Shown: piece by piece, positions 11,968 to 28,165 of the stretch | Numbering within the stretch: position 1 is the stretch's first letter | Layout of the letters: each line of letters begins with the position of its first letter | Origin: Synechococcus sp. | GTDB taxonomy: Bacteria; Cyanobacteriota; Cyanobacteriia; PCC-6307; Cyanobiaceae | Assembly (NCBI GenBank): GCA_047285535.1 | Contig: JBJBDC010000001.1 | Coordinates: 1,536,136-1,600,135 of the forward strand | DNA length: 64,000 nt | Direction: 5' to 3' | Translations under genes and position numbers: made by a program | The notes under the pieces: generated by a model | Told to the model about the DNA's origin: nothing | Seen by the model: the letters and a program-made list of their open reading frames with translations, nothing else | Databases searched by the model: none

Positions 11968-12623
11968 AAACTTGTCCAGCTCAGGTGGTCATTTGCGGAA
12001 CAGGTACTGATGTAGGCAAGACCATTGTCAGTGCTCTTTTTGTGCAGGGATTAGGTGCCACTTACTGGAAACCGGTCCAAAGCGGCACTGAAGACGGTGG
12101 AGATCGACAACGTTTGATCGATCTTCTTCAATTACCTAAGAATCGATGTCTGAAGGAAGCGTATGCATTCACAGCTCCAGTTTCTCCGCACTGGGCTGCT
12201 GAACGCGAGGGGAAACAAATCAACCCTGATCAACTCAGATTGCCAACCGTTGAGGGAGCTCTGGTGATTGAAACCGCTGGAGGCCTGATGGTGCCACTCA
12301 CTCGCAACTGGTTGCAAATCCAACAACTGGAACGGTGGGGACTCCCGGTGGTCTTAGTGACCAGGAGTGAACTGGGAACTCTGAACCACACGCTTCTCAG
12401 CTTGGAAGCACTCCGGAGACGGAACATTCCCCTCCTTGGATTGGTGATCAATGGCCCTGCTCATGCTGACAATCCCCGCACCCTGAAACAACTCGGCGAT
12501 GTGACTCTGCTATGCGAATTACCAACGTTTGAACATCTCAATGCTGATGCCCTCGCCAAGCAATGGCATGCTCAGAACGTGAAAGCTAAGGTCGAAACCG
12601 AAATCAATCGTTTTCATGTTTAA
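11964..12623 (+). CDS. bioD: Dethiobiotin synthase
   Basis: GTGTDVGKT, YWKPVQSG, IETAGGLMVP, LGTLNHTLL. Confidence 0.96.
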   Translation: MKTCPAQVVICGTGTDVGKTIVSALFVQGLGATYWKPVQSGTEDGGDRQRLIDLLQLPKNRCLKEAYAFTAPVSPHWAAEREGKQINPDQLRLPTVEGALVIETAGGLMVPLTRNWLQIQQLERWGLPVVLVTRSELGTLNHTLLSLEALRRRNIPLLGLVINGPAHADNPRTLKQLGDVTLLCELPTFEHLNADALAKQWHAQNVKAKVETEINRFHV

Positions 12624-12625
12624 AG

Positions 12626-12781
12626 ATGAATCGCCGTCAGACTGGAGCAGCAGTAGCCATTGCACTTCTTTGCGCGGGAATTTTTGTATTGCTCACTGAT
12701 GTCGAAGTCGGGATTGTGCGATGGTTCAGCTGTGGCCCGATTGCAACCGAATCTGAGAAAAACAGTCAAGTCTGTCGTTGA
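12626..12781 (+). CDS. Small membrane or secreted protein (51 aa) inside the biotin operon
   Basis: Hand translation MNRRQTGAAVAIALLCAGIFVLLTDVEVGIVRWFSCGPIATESEKNSQVCR; ATG 2 nt after the bioD stop, basic N-terminus followed by a hydrophobic helix. Confidence 0.7.
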   Translation: MNRRQTGAAVAIALLCAGIFVLLTDVEVGIVRWFSCGPIATESEKNSQVCR

Positions 12782-12832
12782 TTTCAAAATCACTTCATAA
12801 GCAACACATTCATTGGCAACTGCAACGTCGTT

Positions 12833-14116
12833 GTGCCTGAGAATCATCACTCCCACCTCTGGCCACCGTTTACACAAATCTCTACGACTCCTCCTTTGGA
12901 GAGGGTGCTAAGTGGAAACGGTGCCTTGCTCTATCGCGATGAAGGGCCACCCTTAATCGATGCGATCAGTAGCTGGTGGGTCACATTGCATGGCCATGCT
13001 CACCCCCACATTGCGGAGGCAATCTCGCAACAGGCCAAGATTCTTGAGCAAGTCATTTTCGCCGAATTCACCCACCCTCAAGCCGAACGTCTCGCCAATC
13101 GTCTGGCAGCCAAAGCTGGACTAGAGCGGGTCTTTTTCTCTGATAACGGCTCCACCGCCGTAGAAGTGGCTCTCAAAATCGCCATTCAGTGGTGGCACAA
13201 CCAAGGAGAACCCAGACAACAGATTGTTGCTTTCGATGGTGCTTATCACGGAGATACGTTTGGAGCGATGGCAGTGGGAGCTCGCAATCTCTTTAGCGAG
13301 CCCTTTGATCCACTCTTATTCCCCGTTGCCCGCATCCCTTGGCCCGCGACTTGGTGGGACGACGAAGACATCGCCAAGAAGGAACAAACGGCACTGAACC
13401 ACCTTGAAGAAGCTTTAAACACCCCAACAGCTGCTGTCATCCTTGAGCCGCTGGTCCAAGGCGCTGGTGGAATGAGCATGGTGCGTCCAGCCTTTCTTCA
13501 AGAGGTGGAAAAGCGAGTTCGAAACGCAGGAACGTTGTTAATCGCCGACGAAGTCCTCACAGGCTTCGGGCGTTGCGGCGATTTTTTGGCGACTCAAAGG
13601 GCAGGGATCAAACCTGATCTGGTCTCGCTGTCCAAAGGATTGACCGCTGGCTTCCTTCCCATGGGTATCACCATGGCAAGCACTTCTGTGTTCGATGCCT
13701 TTGTCGGGACTAATCCGAGTTTGACGCTTTGGCATGGTCACAGTTTCACCGCCAACCCCCTGGGGTGTGCGGCGGCGAATGCCAGTCTGGACCTGCTCGA
13801 GACAGAACCTCATAAATACCAAGATTTCGAAACGAGACATCGGTCACGCTTAGAGGCTTTGGCGGACCATCCAGGCATCAGGCATGCTCGCGTGACAGGC
13901 ACCATTGCAGCGTTTGATCTCGTGGTCAGCGACCAACAGGGCTACCTCAACCCTGCAGGGAAAGTGCTAAGCCAATTAGCGAGAGAACGAGGAGTCCTGA
14001 TTCGGCCTCTAGGCCAAGTGGTGTACTTACTTCCCCCGCTCTGCATCAGCGACAACCAACTGGATCACTGCTATGCCGTTCTCCATCAAGCGATCAATCT
14101 CTTAAACGAGCAGTGA
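12833..14116 (+). CDS. bioA: Adenosylmethionine-8-amino-7-oxononanoate aminotransferase
   Basis: WPPFTQ, DAISSWWVTLHGH, AYHGDTFGAM, LIADEV.TGFGR, SKGLT. Confidence 0.97.
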   Translation: MPENHHSHLWPPFTQISTTPPLERVLSGNGALLYRDEGPPLIDAISSWWVTLHGHAHPHIAEAISQQAKILEQVIFAEFTHPQAERLANRLAAKAGLERVFFSDNGSTAVEVALKIAIQWWHNQGEPRQQIVAFDGAYHGDTFGAMAVGARNLFSEPFDPLLFPVARIPWPATWWDDEDIAKKEQTALNHLEEALNTPTAAVILEPLVQGAGGMSMVRPAFLQEVEKRVRNAGTLLIADEVLTGFGRCGDFLATQRAGIKPDLVSLSKGLTAGFLPMGITMASTSVFDAFVGTNPSLTLWHGHSFTANPLGCAAANASLDLLETEPHKYQDFETRHRSRLEALADHPGIRHARVTGTIAAFDLVVSDQQGYLNPAGKVLSQLARERGVLIRPLGQVVYLLPPLCISDNQLDHCYAVLHQAINLLNEQ

Positions 14117-14125
14117 GATGAACCT

Positions 14126-14383
14126 TCAGGGACCAAACCTCAGGGCAGCCTCAACATCAGCACGTGACAGCCCATAAGGAAATACACAGGAGCGAGGCGC
14201 TTCTCTCGGACTCCAAATCACCGCTAAGTCCTTCTGCTGCAGTCGGATTTCGGCAGTCCATCCGTTTCCTTGCCAAGACCAACCACAGGGGTCATCGTCT
14301 AATCGCTGCGCTCCAAGCTGCTCGAGCCAATGCTCAAGTGCCTGCAGCGAATGCTGATTCAAAGGAGTTTGGGCTGGAGGCAT
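14126..14383 (-). CDS. DUF3143-like cyanobacterial protein
   Basis: TPLNQHSL.ALE.WL..LGA and FPYGLSRADVEAALRFGP. Confidence 0.75.
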   Translation of the reverse strand: MPPAQTPLNQHSLQALEHWLEQLGAQRLDDDPCGWSWQGNGWTAEIRLQQKDLAVIWSPREAPRSCVFPYGLSRADVEAALRFGP

Positions 14384-14864
14384 CAACACCATCGAGAACT
14401 TCGCTAGTCAACGGCTCCACATGAGTCTGCTCGGCCACCAGCCAACTGGGCTGAACCTGAAGTTCCATTCCCCGACTCCATGCCACCCCAACGCCTACTA
14501 ACAAACATAAAAACAAAGCCGCCAGCAACATCAGAAGCGACAACCACTCTCCTCCTGAAAGTGGTCGTCGCTCACCAATTTCCGTTGCAGAAGCCACTGC
14601 AGGTGAAGGCAATGGAGCGTGCTGCTGTTGCCAGAGCTGATCCTGCTGGATGAGTTGAGAGTCATAGATCTGACGCAGGTGAGGATCGGCCAGCTGGTCA
14701 TAGGCCTCACGCAACAGCTGAAACTGACGCGCTGCTTCTTCTGCCGGAAGTTTGGTGGTATCTGGATGAACCGATTTACTCAGACGACGAAAGGCCCGAC
14801 GCAAGGCCTCTGGATCGACTCCACGAGTCACACCTAACCTTTCGTAATAAGAGGAGACTGTCAT
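14334..14864 (-). CDS. J-domain (DnaJ type III) membrane protein
   Basis: YYERLG, HPD motif, EAY..L.D...R..YD, C-terminal TM helix; start at ATG 14864. Confidence 0.88.
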   Translation of the reverse strand: MTVSSYYERLGVTRGVDPEALRRAFRRLSKSVHPDTTKLPAEEAARQFQLLREAYDQLADPHLRQIYDSQLIQQDQLWQQQHAPLPSPAVASATEIGERRPLSGGEWLSLLMLLAALFLCLLVGVGVAWSRGMELQVQPSWLVAEQTHVEPLTSEVLDGVDASSPNSFESAFAAGT

Positions 14865-14925
14865 CACGCCCTCCTCTTTGCAATCGTGAACATGCATTCT
14901 AGGAAGAGTCGCTGCCCTGGCAGCC

Positions 14926-15690
14926 ATGCCAGAAGCAAAAACATTTTCTGATGCAGGCCCTGACTTATGGCAGTGCCTGGGTTGGCAACCAAAAGACTCC
15001 CAGCTTTTGCAACTCAAAGAGTTGCAATCCCTTTTACGTCATTGGAACAGCAAAGTAAACCTCACCCGATTGGTGGAGAACGAGGACTTCTGGATCACCC
15101 AAATCTTTGACAGCCTTTGGCCTCTTGAGGATGAACTACGCACCCCTGACTTGCCACGTCGTTGCATCGATGTAGGCACTGGCGGAGGTTTCCCAGGTAT
15201 GGCCGTAGCGATTGCACTGCCTGGGACCACGCTGACGCTTGTCGATTCAGTTGGTCGCAAAACAGCAGCAGTGGCAGCCATGGCCCAATCTCTCGGTCTA
15301 GAAAGTCGCTTAGAAATCCGCACCGAACGGGTTGAGGTGACCGGTCATGAGCCGTCCTGTCGAGGACAGTTCGATTTGGCAATGGCCAGGGCAGTCGCGA
15401 CTCCCTCCGTCGTAGCGGAGTATCTCGTTCCCCTTTTGGCCCCTCAAGGTCAGGCACTGCTTTATCGCGGGCACTGGAGTGCCGACGATGCAGCAAACCT
15501 CAAAAGAGCGTTGATCCCTCTCAAAGCAAAACTTGTACATTGCAAACAGCTCAACCTGCCTGCACAACGAGGTCTTCGCACGTTGGTGAGAGTCGAACCC
15601 TCGGCACCATGCCCAAAGAACTATCCACGATCTGTTGGGCTACCAAGCCGTCTTCCCCTAGGGGATCAAGCAGATGACAGGCGTTTCTGA
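14926..15690 (+). CDS. rsmG: 16S rRNA m7G527 methyltransferase
   Basis: [31 protein letters not shown]. Confidence 0.95.
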   Translation: MPEAKTFSDAGPDLWQCLGWQPKDSQLLQLKELQSLLRHWNSKVNLTRLVENEDFWITQIFDSLWPLEDELRTPDLPRRCIDVGTGGGFPGMAVAIALPGTTLTLVDSVGRKTAAVAAMAQSLGLESRLEIRTERVEVTGHEPSCRGQFDLAMARAVATPSVVAEYLVPLLAPQGQALLYRGHWSADDAANLKRALIPLKAKLVHCKQLNLPAQRGLRTLVRVEPSAPCPKNYPRSVGLPSRLPLGDQADDRRF

Positions 15691-16883
15691 GGAGCAGTAC
15701 CAATCCTTTCCTTCAAACCAAGGAGCAGCCCTGGGATCGTTTCAGCCCAGGGGCTTCGGTTCAAAACAGCTTGAAGATCACTTGCACTGACATCTTGATC
15801 AAGCGCATCGGCATTGAAACCAGGGTGCCAGTCCCCTGCATGGCCCAGAAGTCCGTAGCGTGCTCGAGCATAACTCTCCAAATCCCAAGCTTCGAGCAAG
15901 TTGTAAAGCCATAACAACACAGGGAGATTGATACCTCCTGGCGTGTCTTTCCAATGCGGCAAACCTTCGTGCCAGGTCATCAACCAAGGTTCACCCAGAA
16001 CTTGTAATGCTTGACGATGCAAACGTTGTTCAATCGGCGCGATCAGAGTCTCGGCAACATCCAACTGATGCACTGCTTCCAGATGAAGATCGAGATCAGC
16101 GGGCTTAGACGCACCAACACTGATGGTGTGCACCCGACGATCACGCAAACAAAACAAATCATTAAACACAATTGGATGCAGAGGAGCACACAGCTGCTGT
16201 AAACGCAGAGAAGGAGTGTGAAGATGTCCGCCCTTATCTGTGGGACTAATGATGAACACACCCATGTCATGCCGATGAGCTGCCTCAATGACCGGTTCGT
16301 TTTCTTGACGGATGTAATACCAATGAAGATTGACGTAATCAAAAGCGTTGGATTCGATCGCGGCTTGGATGACGTTTCTCTCTCCATGGGTGGAGAAGCC
16401 CACATGATCAATCCGCCCCTGGCGCTGCCAACGGCGAACCACCTCCATACACCCACCTAATCGAATCGTTTGCTCCAGCTGACTCATCCTGTTGATGCCA
16501 TGGATCGCCAACAACTGAATCCGCTGAACGGATAAACGCTCCAAGCTGAGCTCAAGCTCGGCTTCAAAAACACCTGGATCGTCCCGTGGAAGGATTTTTG
16601 TTTGAAGGATGCGTCCTGGATCAGGCACATTAAGAAGGGCCCAGCCAAGTTGCCGTTCAGAGCTGCCGTAATGACGTGCAGTCTCTAGATGGTGAAACCC
16701 GAGCTTCACAGCACGCTCAAGGATGTTCTGAACATTGCGCTGCGACTCAGGGGTAATCACATCCGCTGTTACATCCGACCAACTTTGCTGAAACCTCATC
16801 CCCCCAAGCGAGAGGACCGGCATTGAAAGCTCTGTGCGACCAAAACGCCGTGTAGGCAAACCCAAGGAGGCCGTTTTTCCCAT
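15666..16883 (-). CDS. Aldo/keto reductase family protein
   Basis: [34 protein letters not shown]. Confidence 0.88.
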   Translation of the reverse strand: MGKTASLGLPTRRFGRTELSMPVLSLGGMRFQQSWSDVTADVITPESQRNVQNILERAVKLGFHHLETARHYGSSERQLGWALLNVPDPGRILQTKILPRDDPGVFEAELELSLERLSVQRIQLLAIHGINRMSQLEQTIRLGGCMEVVRRWQRQGRIDHVGFSTHGERNVIQAAIESNAFDYVNLHWYYIRQENEPVIEAAHRHDMGVFIISPTDKGGHLHTPSLRLQQLCAPLHPIVFNDLFCLRDRRVHTISVGASKPADLDLHLEAVHQLDVAETLIAPIEQRLHRQALQVLGEPWLMTWHEGLPHWKDTPGGINLPVLLWLYNLLEAWDLESYARARYGLLGHAGDWHPGFNADALDQDVSASDLQAVLNRSPWAETIPGLLLGLKERIGTAPQKRLSSA

Positions 16884-16890
16884 CGAACGA

Positions 16891-17334
16891 TCAGTCTTGC
16901 GGGTCCTGCCGAGGAAGCGTGCGTCGAGGACGAGCTGGAGAAGGCACTCCTAGAGGGAAAAGTTCCTGAGCTTCAAGCTGAGCACTTAAAACCTTGAGGT
17001 CATCAAATGGAACCCAATGGATGCAATCCACGGGACAGGTCTCTATTGCTTCCTGAATTCGCTGAGGACTGTCTCCGTCCTGACGAATCGCCCTCGAGCG
17101 GCCCAGATCGGGTTCAATCACGAAGGTATTGCATGCCACATGAGCGCAATAGCGACACCCTATACAAACAGCTTCATCAACCCAAACAGCTTTCTCAGCC
17201 AACGCACCACCCAAAACGGGTTCCTTGCCATTGGGTTGAGTGTCTTGAAGTGATGAAGCGCTATAGGCAGCAGCCGGGGCTCCAAAAGCGTCGTTCACTG
17301 CCTTGTTGTCCAATGCCTGCTGCGGATCAGGCAT
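16891..17334 (-). CDS. Ferredoxin (Fe-S cluster binding)
   Basis: VDEAVCIGCRYCAHVA...CPVDCIHW. Confidence 0.9.
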   Translation of the reverse strand: MPDPQQALDNKAVNDAFGAPAAAYSASSLQDTQPNGKEPVLGGALAEKAVWVDEAVCIGCRYCAHVACNTFVIEPDLGRSRAIRQDGDSPQRIQEAIETCPVDCIHWVPFDDLKVLSAQLEAQELFPLGVPSPARPRRTLPRQDPQD

Positions 17335-17719
17335 CCCAGCGCGTCACCACCAGCTCGATCGAGCCATCCTGGCAATCACGTTGCTCGGCAACATCAAAGC
17401 CTTCGATCACTGAAGCTTTCAACACCGTGTTGAGTGCATAGCGTTGCGTGAGACGAGAAAGAAACCGTTCAATCGGAATGGGCTGGCGCCATAAATCCAG
17501 ATCAGTGACGAACTCATAAGCACCGTTGGATTCGTTCCAGAGAAAACCAAAATCCGCACTTCCCTCAAGGGTGACAGCCAGCTCAGCTTCAACGGTTTGT
17601 CCGCGGTAACCGCGAACGGGATGGCCACCCTGATGGGGCTCGTAACCAAGATCTTGCAGAGCTGAGACTAAAGACTCACGCTGACGGAGTTCCGTTTTAA
17701 CAGTGCTGAAATGGGACAT
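17327..17719 (-). CDS. DUF1257 / Ycf35-like protein
   Basis: MSHFSTVKT, VRGYRGQ, TQRYA, DGSIELVV.RW. Confidence 0.85.
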   Translation of the reverse strand: MSHFSTVKTELRQRESLVSALQDLGYEPHQGGHPVRGYRGQTVEAELAVTLEGSADFGFLWNESNGAYEFVTDLDLWRQPIPIERFLSRLTQRYALNTVLKASVIEGFDVAEQRDCQDGSIELVVTRWDA

Positions 17720-17922
17720 CAGGAGGGTTCGACGAACTGGGTCTGGGTCTGGGTCTGAGTTGTAACGAAGGCATCAGATGTTGGCTGGCGGCGTTCCACC
17801 GTGCCAAGAGCTGATTCCAACCGTTCTGTGAGTAGGAGACAAGCGTCACCTTCAACGCCTTCAACGTGCTCTTCGACGCGGCCGTCGGGACGGATTCGAA
17901 AACGAAGCGTGCGCTGAGGCAT
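17719..17922 (-). CDS. DUF2997-like small protein
   Basis: FRIRPDGRVEE.VEG..G..C..LTE.LE.ALG.V. Confidence 0.8.
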   Translation of the reverse strand: MPQRTLRFRIRPDGRVEEHVEGVEGDACLLLTERLESALGTVERRQPTSDAFVTTQTQTQTQFVEPS

Positions 17923-17995
17923 GCACTACACCCAACAATGAGCAGATGCTAGTGGCGAGAACGCGAAGCTGAAGACGTCCTGTTACGTCGTCCTG

Positions 17996-18805
17996 TCAGG
18001 AAAGTAACCCCTCGTCCATCAAAGTTTGGAGACGATCCAAGACCTCAGGTGATTCCATCTGCTCAAGAGCGGTACGGGCCTCGTCTCGAACAGACCTTTC
18101 TCCATCTTGCAAGAGCGCTCGCACAAACACCTCAATAACCTCAGCGCGTCGAGGCTCAACAAGATGGTCAAGCAAGCGACCTAGAGCCCAAATGCAATTG
18201 CTACGTACTACAGATTCACTGTCTATACGAAGGCTTATCAGCAACTGAACAGCTGCTGGATCTGCTTTTGCGGCAGATGTGACTCCAGCTTCTGCAAGGG
18301 AGACGGAAGCCCACAGTCGAACAGCCGCGACATCGGTCTGCAAAGCTCGAATCAAGGGATTCAGCACTGGTGCATCGGGATAATTTCCAAGACTCCAGGC
18401 CGTGGCCTTGCGCACATAAGCATTGCTGTCATCTTGCAGCAACTTCAGGAGGGGACCAACAGCAGGCGGGGAAGGGTTACGACCAAGGGCATAGACAGCG
18501 CTCATGCGCACAACGGGACAAACCTCCTCCAACAGAGGTAGAAGCAAAGGAACCGCACGAGGATCTCGATGCTCACAAAAAACGCGAAGTCCCTGGAGGC
18601 GTTGTTCATGCCCCTGCCTTAACCAATTGAGGGCCTCATCACACTGTCGAATGGCCTCCAGTGCATCCTGTTCTGGATCATCGAGATCAATATCATCTAG
18701 CGGATCCCCCACCTCTTCAGCTTCTAGCTCACGGGCTAGCACATCGGGATCAATGGCCAGATTGGCCAGTCGCTGATCACGATCCAATGGCAAGCTTTCG
18801 GTCAT
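17996..18805 (-). CDS. HEAT (PBS lyase-like) repeat protein
   Basis: Repeated VR..A..ALG helical repeats. Confidence 0.85.
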   Translation of the reverse strand: MTESLPLDRDQRLANLAIDPDVLARELEAEEVGDPLDDIDLDDPEQDALEAIRQCDEALNWLRQGHEQRLQGLRVFCEHRDPRAVPLLLPLLEEVCPVVRMSAVYALGRNPSPPAVGPLLKLLQDDSNAYVRKATAWSLGNYPDAPVLNPLIRALQTDVAAVRLWASVSLAEAGVTSAAKADPAAVQLLISLRIDSESVVRSNCIWALGRLLDHLVEPRRAEVIEVFVRALLQDGERSVRDEARTALEQMESPEVLDRLQTLMDEGLLS

Positions 18806-18829
18806 AACGATGATCGTAGAAGGATCTGG

Positions 18830-18955
18830 TCAACTGACTGGAGCTGGGGCAAGCATGTCACCAGGCAACCAGATTCGTGCACTGACTGCAAACAGAGCTA
18901 GCCCAAACAAAATCACGATCAGAATGGGGAGGATGGTGCTGCGAAAAAAACTCAC
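18830..18955 (-). CDS. Small single-TM cyanobacterial protein (41 aa)
   Basis: GTG-initiated MSFFRSTILPILIVILFGLALFAVSARIWLPGDMLAPAPVS, between the symporter and HEAT genes. Confidence 0.7.
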   Translation of the reverse strand: MSFFRSTILPILIVILFGLALFAVSARIWLPGDMLAPAPVS

Positions 18956-18999
18956 GGTTCCAAGTTTCAAATAATTTTCCAAGCAATTGTGAACGCTGA

Positions 19000-20763
19000 T
19001 TAAACAGCAATTCGTCGATGGCGTCCTCTCCAGAGCAGAGAGAGTGAAACCACTGCGAGTATCAACCCTGACCAACCAGCCAGTTGTTGGTGAAGAAGAA
19101 ACGCACCCGAGCCGAGAAGCGCACCAAACAGAACACAACTACTCAGCAGGAAACGAACAACAAGATGTTGGAGCGATTCAGACGCCTCCACATCGCAGTG
19201 AAGCCGCCAGCGACTCCAACCTGGCCCCGGGGGCTGAACCCGCTGCACAAATCTCTCGAGCACCTCAGCTGACTCTGGAGGAGTGATCAACATCACCACC
19301 ACCCAAACGATTGCAGTGATGGCAGTGGTAACCATCAATCTGATTCCGTAGTCCGATATCTGGAGAATGGGAACAACTGACGTGACCAAGCCAACAAAAA
19401 ATCCACACACCATTGATGACAATTCAGCCGCAGCATTGATTCGCCACCAGAACCAACGCAACACCAGAACCACACCAGGCCCCGTACCAATCGCGATCAC
19501 AAGTCGAAATACGGTACCAATGCTGTCACTGATCAATGCGGTCAGCACCCCAAGCACCAACAAAAGGATGCTGGTTCCTTGGCCCACGAAGAGCAGCTCT
19601 TTCTGGGAGGCATCAGGCCTAACAAAACGCTGATAAAGATCATGGGTCAGATAACTCGCACCCCAGTTCACTGACGTACTGACCGTACTCATAAAAGCAG
19701 CCACCAAGGAGACCACCACCAGCCCAAGCACTACAGGTGGTAGATAGGCCACTGCCAGAGCCGGATAACTCAATTCCCAATCGCCCTGGTCTGGCAGGAG
19801 CACCAGAGCGGCCAACGCCACCAGAACCCATAACCAACTGCGAAGCAAGTAATTGACCACCAGAAAAACCCATCCAGCCAAACGCGCCTGACGTTCATCC
19901 CGGGTGGCGAGCATCCGTTGAATGAATTCGCCTCCCCCATCACTTCGCCGAAAACTCCACCACTGCACCGTGAGATAAGCCAAAAAGGTGGAGACACTGA
20001 TCCCCGCGCCTCCAATCCAATTGAAGCCAGCATCAGTCCAGCGCCAGGGAACAAGCGACAACATCTCAGGACGACCCAAAGCATTCAAGCTGGCAAGCAG
20101 AGCCTCCATCCCACCCGCAGCATGAATCGCAGCCCAAGCCACTGCCAGAGCACCCACCAAAGCCAAAATCAACTGCACAAAATCAGTCACGACTACTGCC
20201 CAAAGGCCACCTGCCACCGTGTAGACAAGAACCAAGGCAGCCACAATGGTCAGCAAAAGAACCGTGTCAGGAAGGCCACCCAGTGATGGCACAGGCCGGT
20301 CGGAAACGATCCCCAGAGCTTGCACCACTTTCCGCATGGCCAAGAACGCATAACCGATTCCAATGCAATTGATCGGTAGCGCAAGCAAAAACGCTTTGGT
20401 CCCCCGCAGCCAAGCTGCCGTTGCACCTCCATAACGCAGTTCCGTGAAAGCTGCGTCGGTCATCACACCGCTCCGCCGCCATAGGGGAGCAAACACCACG
20501 GCCATCGCCACGTGAGCCAGACCGAACCCCCACCACTCCCAATTCGCCGCCAATCCTCTGGTTCCGACTAAACCGGCCACATACAAGGGTGTATCGATGG
20601 AAAAAGTAGTGGCAGCCATTGATGCGCCTGCAAGCCAACCGCTCAGGCTGCGCCCAGCCACGAAATAATCGTCTTCCCCACGATTGCGTCGAGCCAGCCA
20701 AAGCCCGAGAACCAATGTGCCTATTAAGTAGAAGACCAGCAGAAACCAATCGATCGGTGCCAT
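19000..20763 (-). CDS. Sodium:solute symporter family protein
   Basis: DYFVAGRSL, GGLWAVVVTD.VQ, IQRML, AAFMST motifs and many TM helices. Confidence 0.92.
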   Translation of the reverse strand: MAPIDWFLLVFYLIGTLVLGLWLARRNRGEDDYFVAGRSLSGWLAGASMAATTFSIDTPLYVAGLVGTRGLAANWEWWGFGLAHVAMAVVFAPLWRRSGVMTDAAFTELRYGGATAAWLRGTKAFLLALPINCIGIGYAFLAMRKVVQALGIVSDRPVPSLGGLPDTVLLLTIVAALVLVYTVAGGLWAVVVTDFVQLILALVGALAVAWAAIHAAGGMEALLASLNALGRPEMLSLVPWRWTDAGFNWIGGAGISVSTFLAYLTVQWWSFRRSDGGGEFIQRMLATRDERQARLAGWVFLVVNYLLRSWLWVLVALAALVLLPDQGDWELSYPALAVAYLPPVVLGLVVVSLVAAFMSTVSTSVNWGASYLTHDLYQRFVRPDASQKELLFVGQGTSILLLVLGVLTALISDSIGTVFRLVIAIGTGPGVVLVLRWFWWRINAAAELSSMVCGFFVGLVTSVVPILQISDYGIRLMVTTAITAIVWVVVMLITPPESAEVLERFVQRVQPPGPGWSRWRLHCDVEASESLQHLVVRFLLSSCVLFGALLGSGAFLLHQQLAGWSGLILAVVSLSLLWRGRHRRIAV

Positions 20764-20796
20764 CTGATCCCATTCAGTCTGTTCCCGCAGTCTCTC

Positions 20797-22004
<1,208 letters not shown>

Positions 22005-22060
22005 TTAACAGTTGGAAGAGGCCAGAGCCACTGATGTGATACAGAAGCGAAAAGGGTTCT

Positions 22061-28118
<6,058 letters not shown>

Positions 28119-28165
28119 TGGCGGTTGAAAAGGAAGGAGGTTTTGTCGTTTCGTTCGTTGATCCG

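Noticed and set aside
12620..12877. 85-aa minus-strand ORF between bioD and bioA in the ORF track
   Set aside because: It overlaps bioA and is antisense to a more plausible 51-aa plus-strand ORF that fits the operon
17737..17760. (CTGGGT)3 hexamer repeat
   Set aside because: An in-frame TQTQTQ tail of the DUF2997 protein; length change would not shift the frame, so phase variation is unlikely
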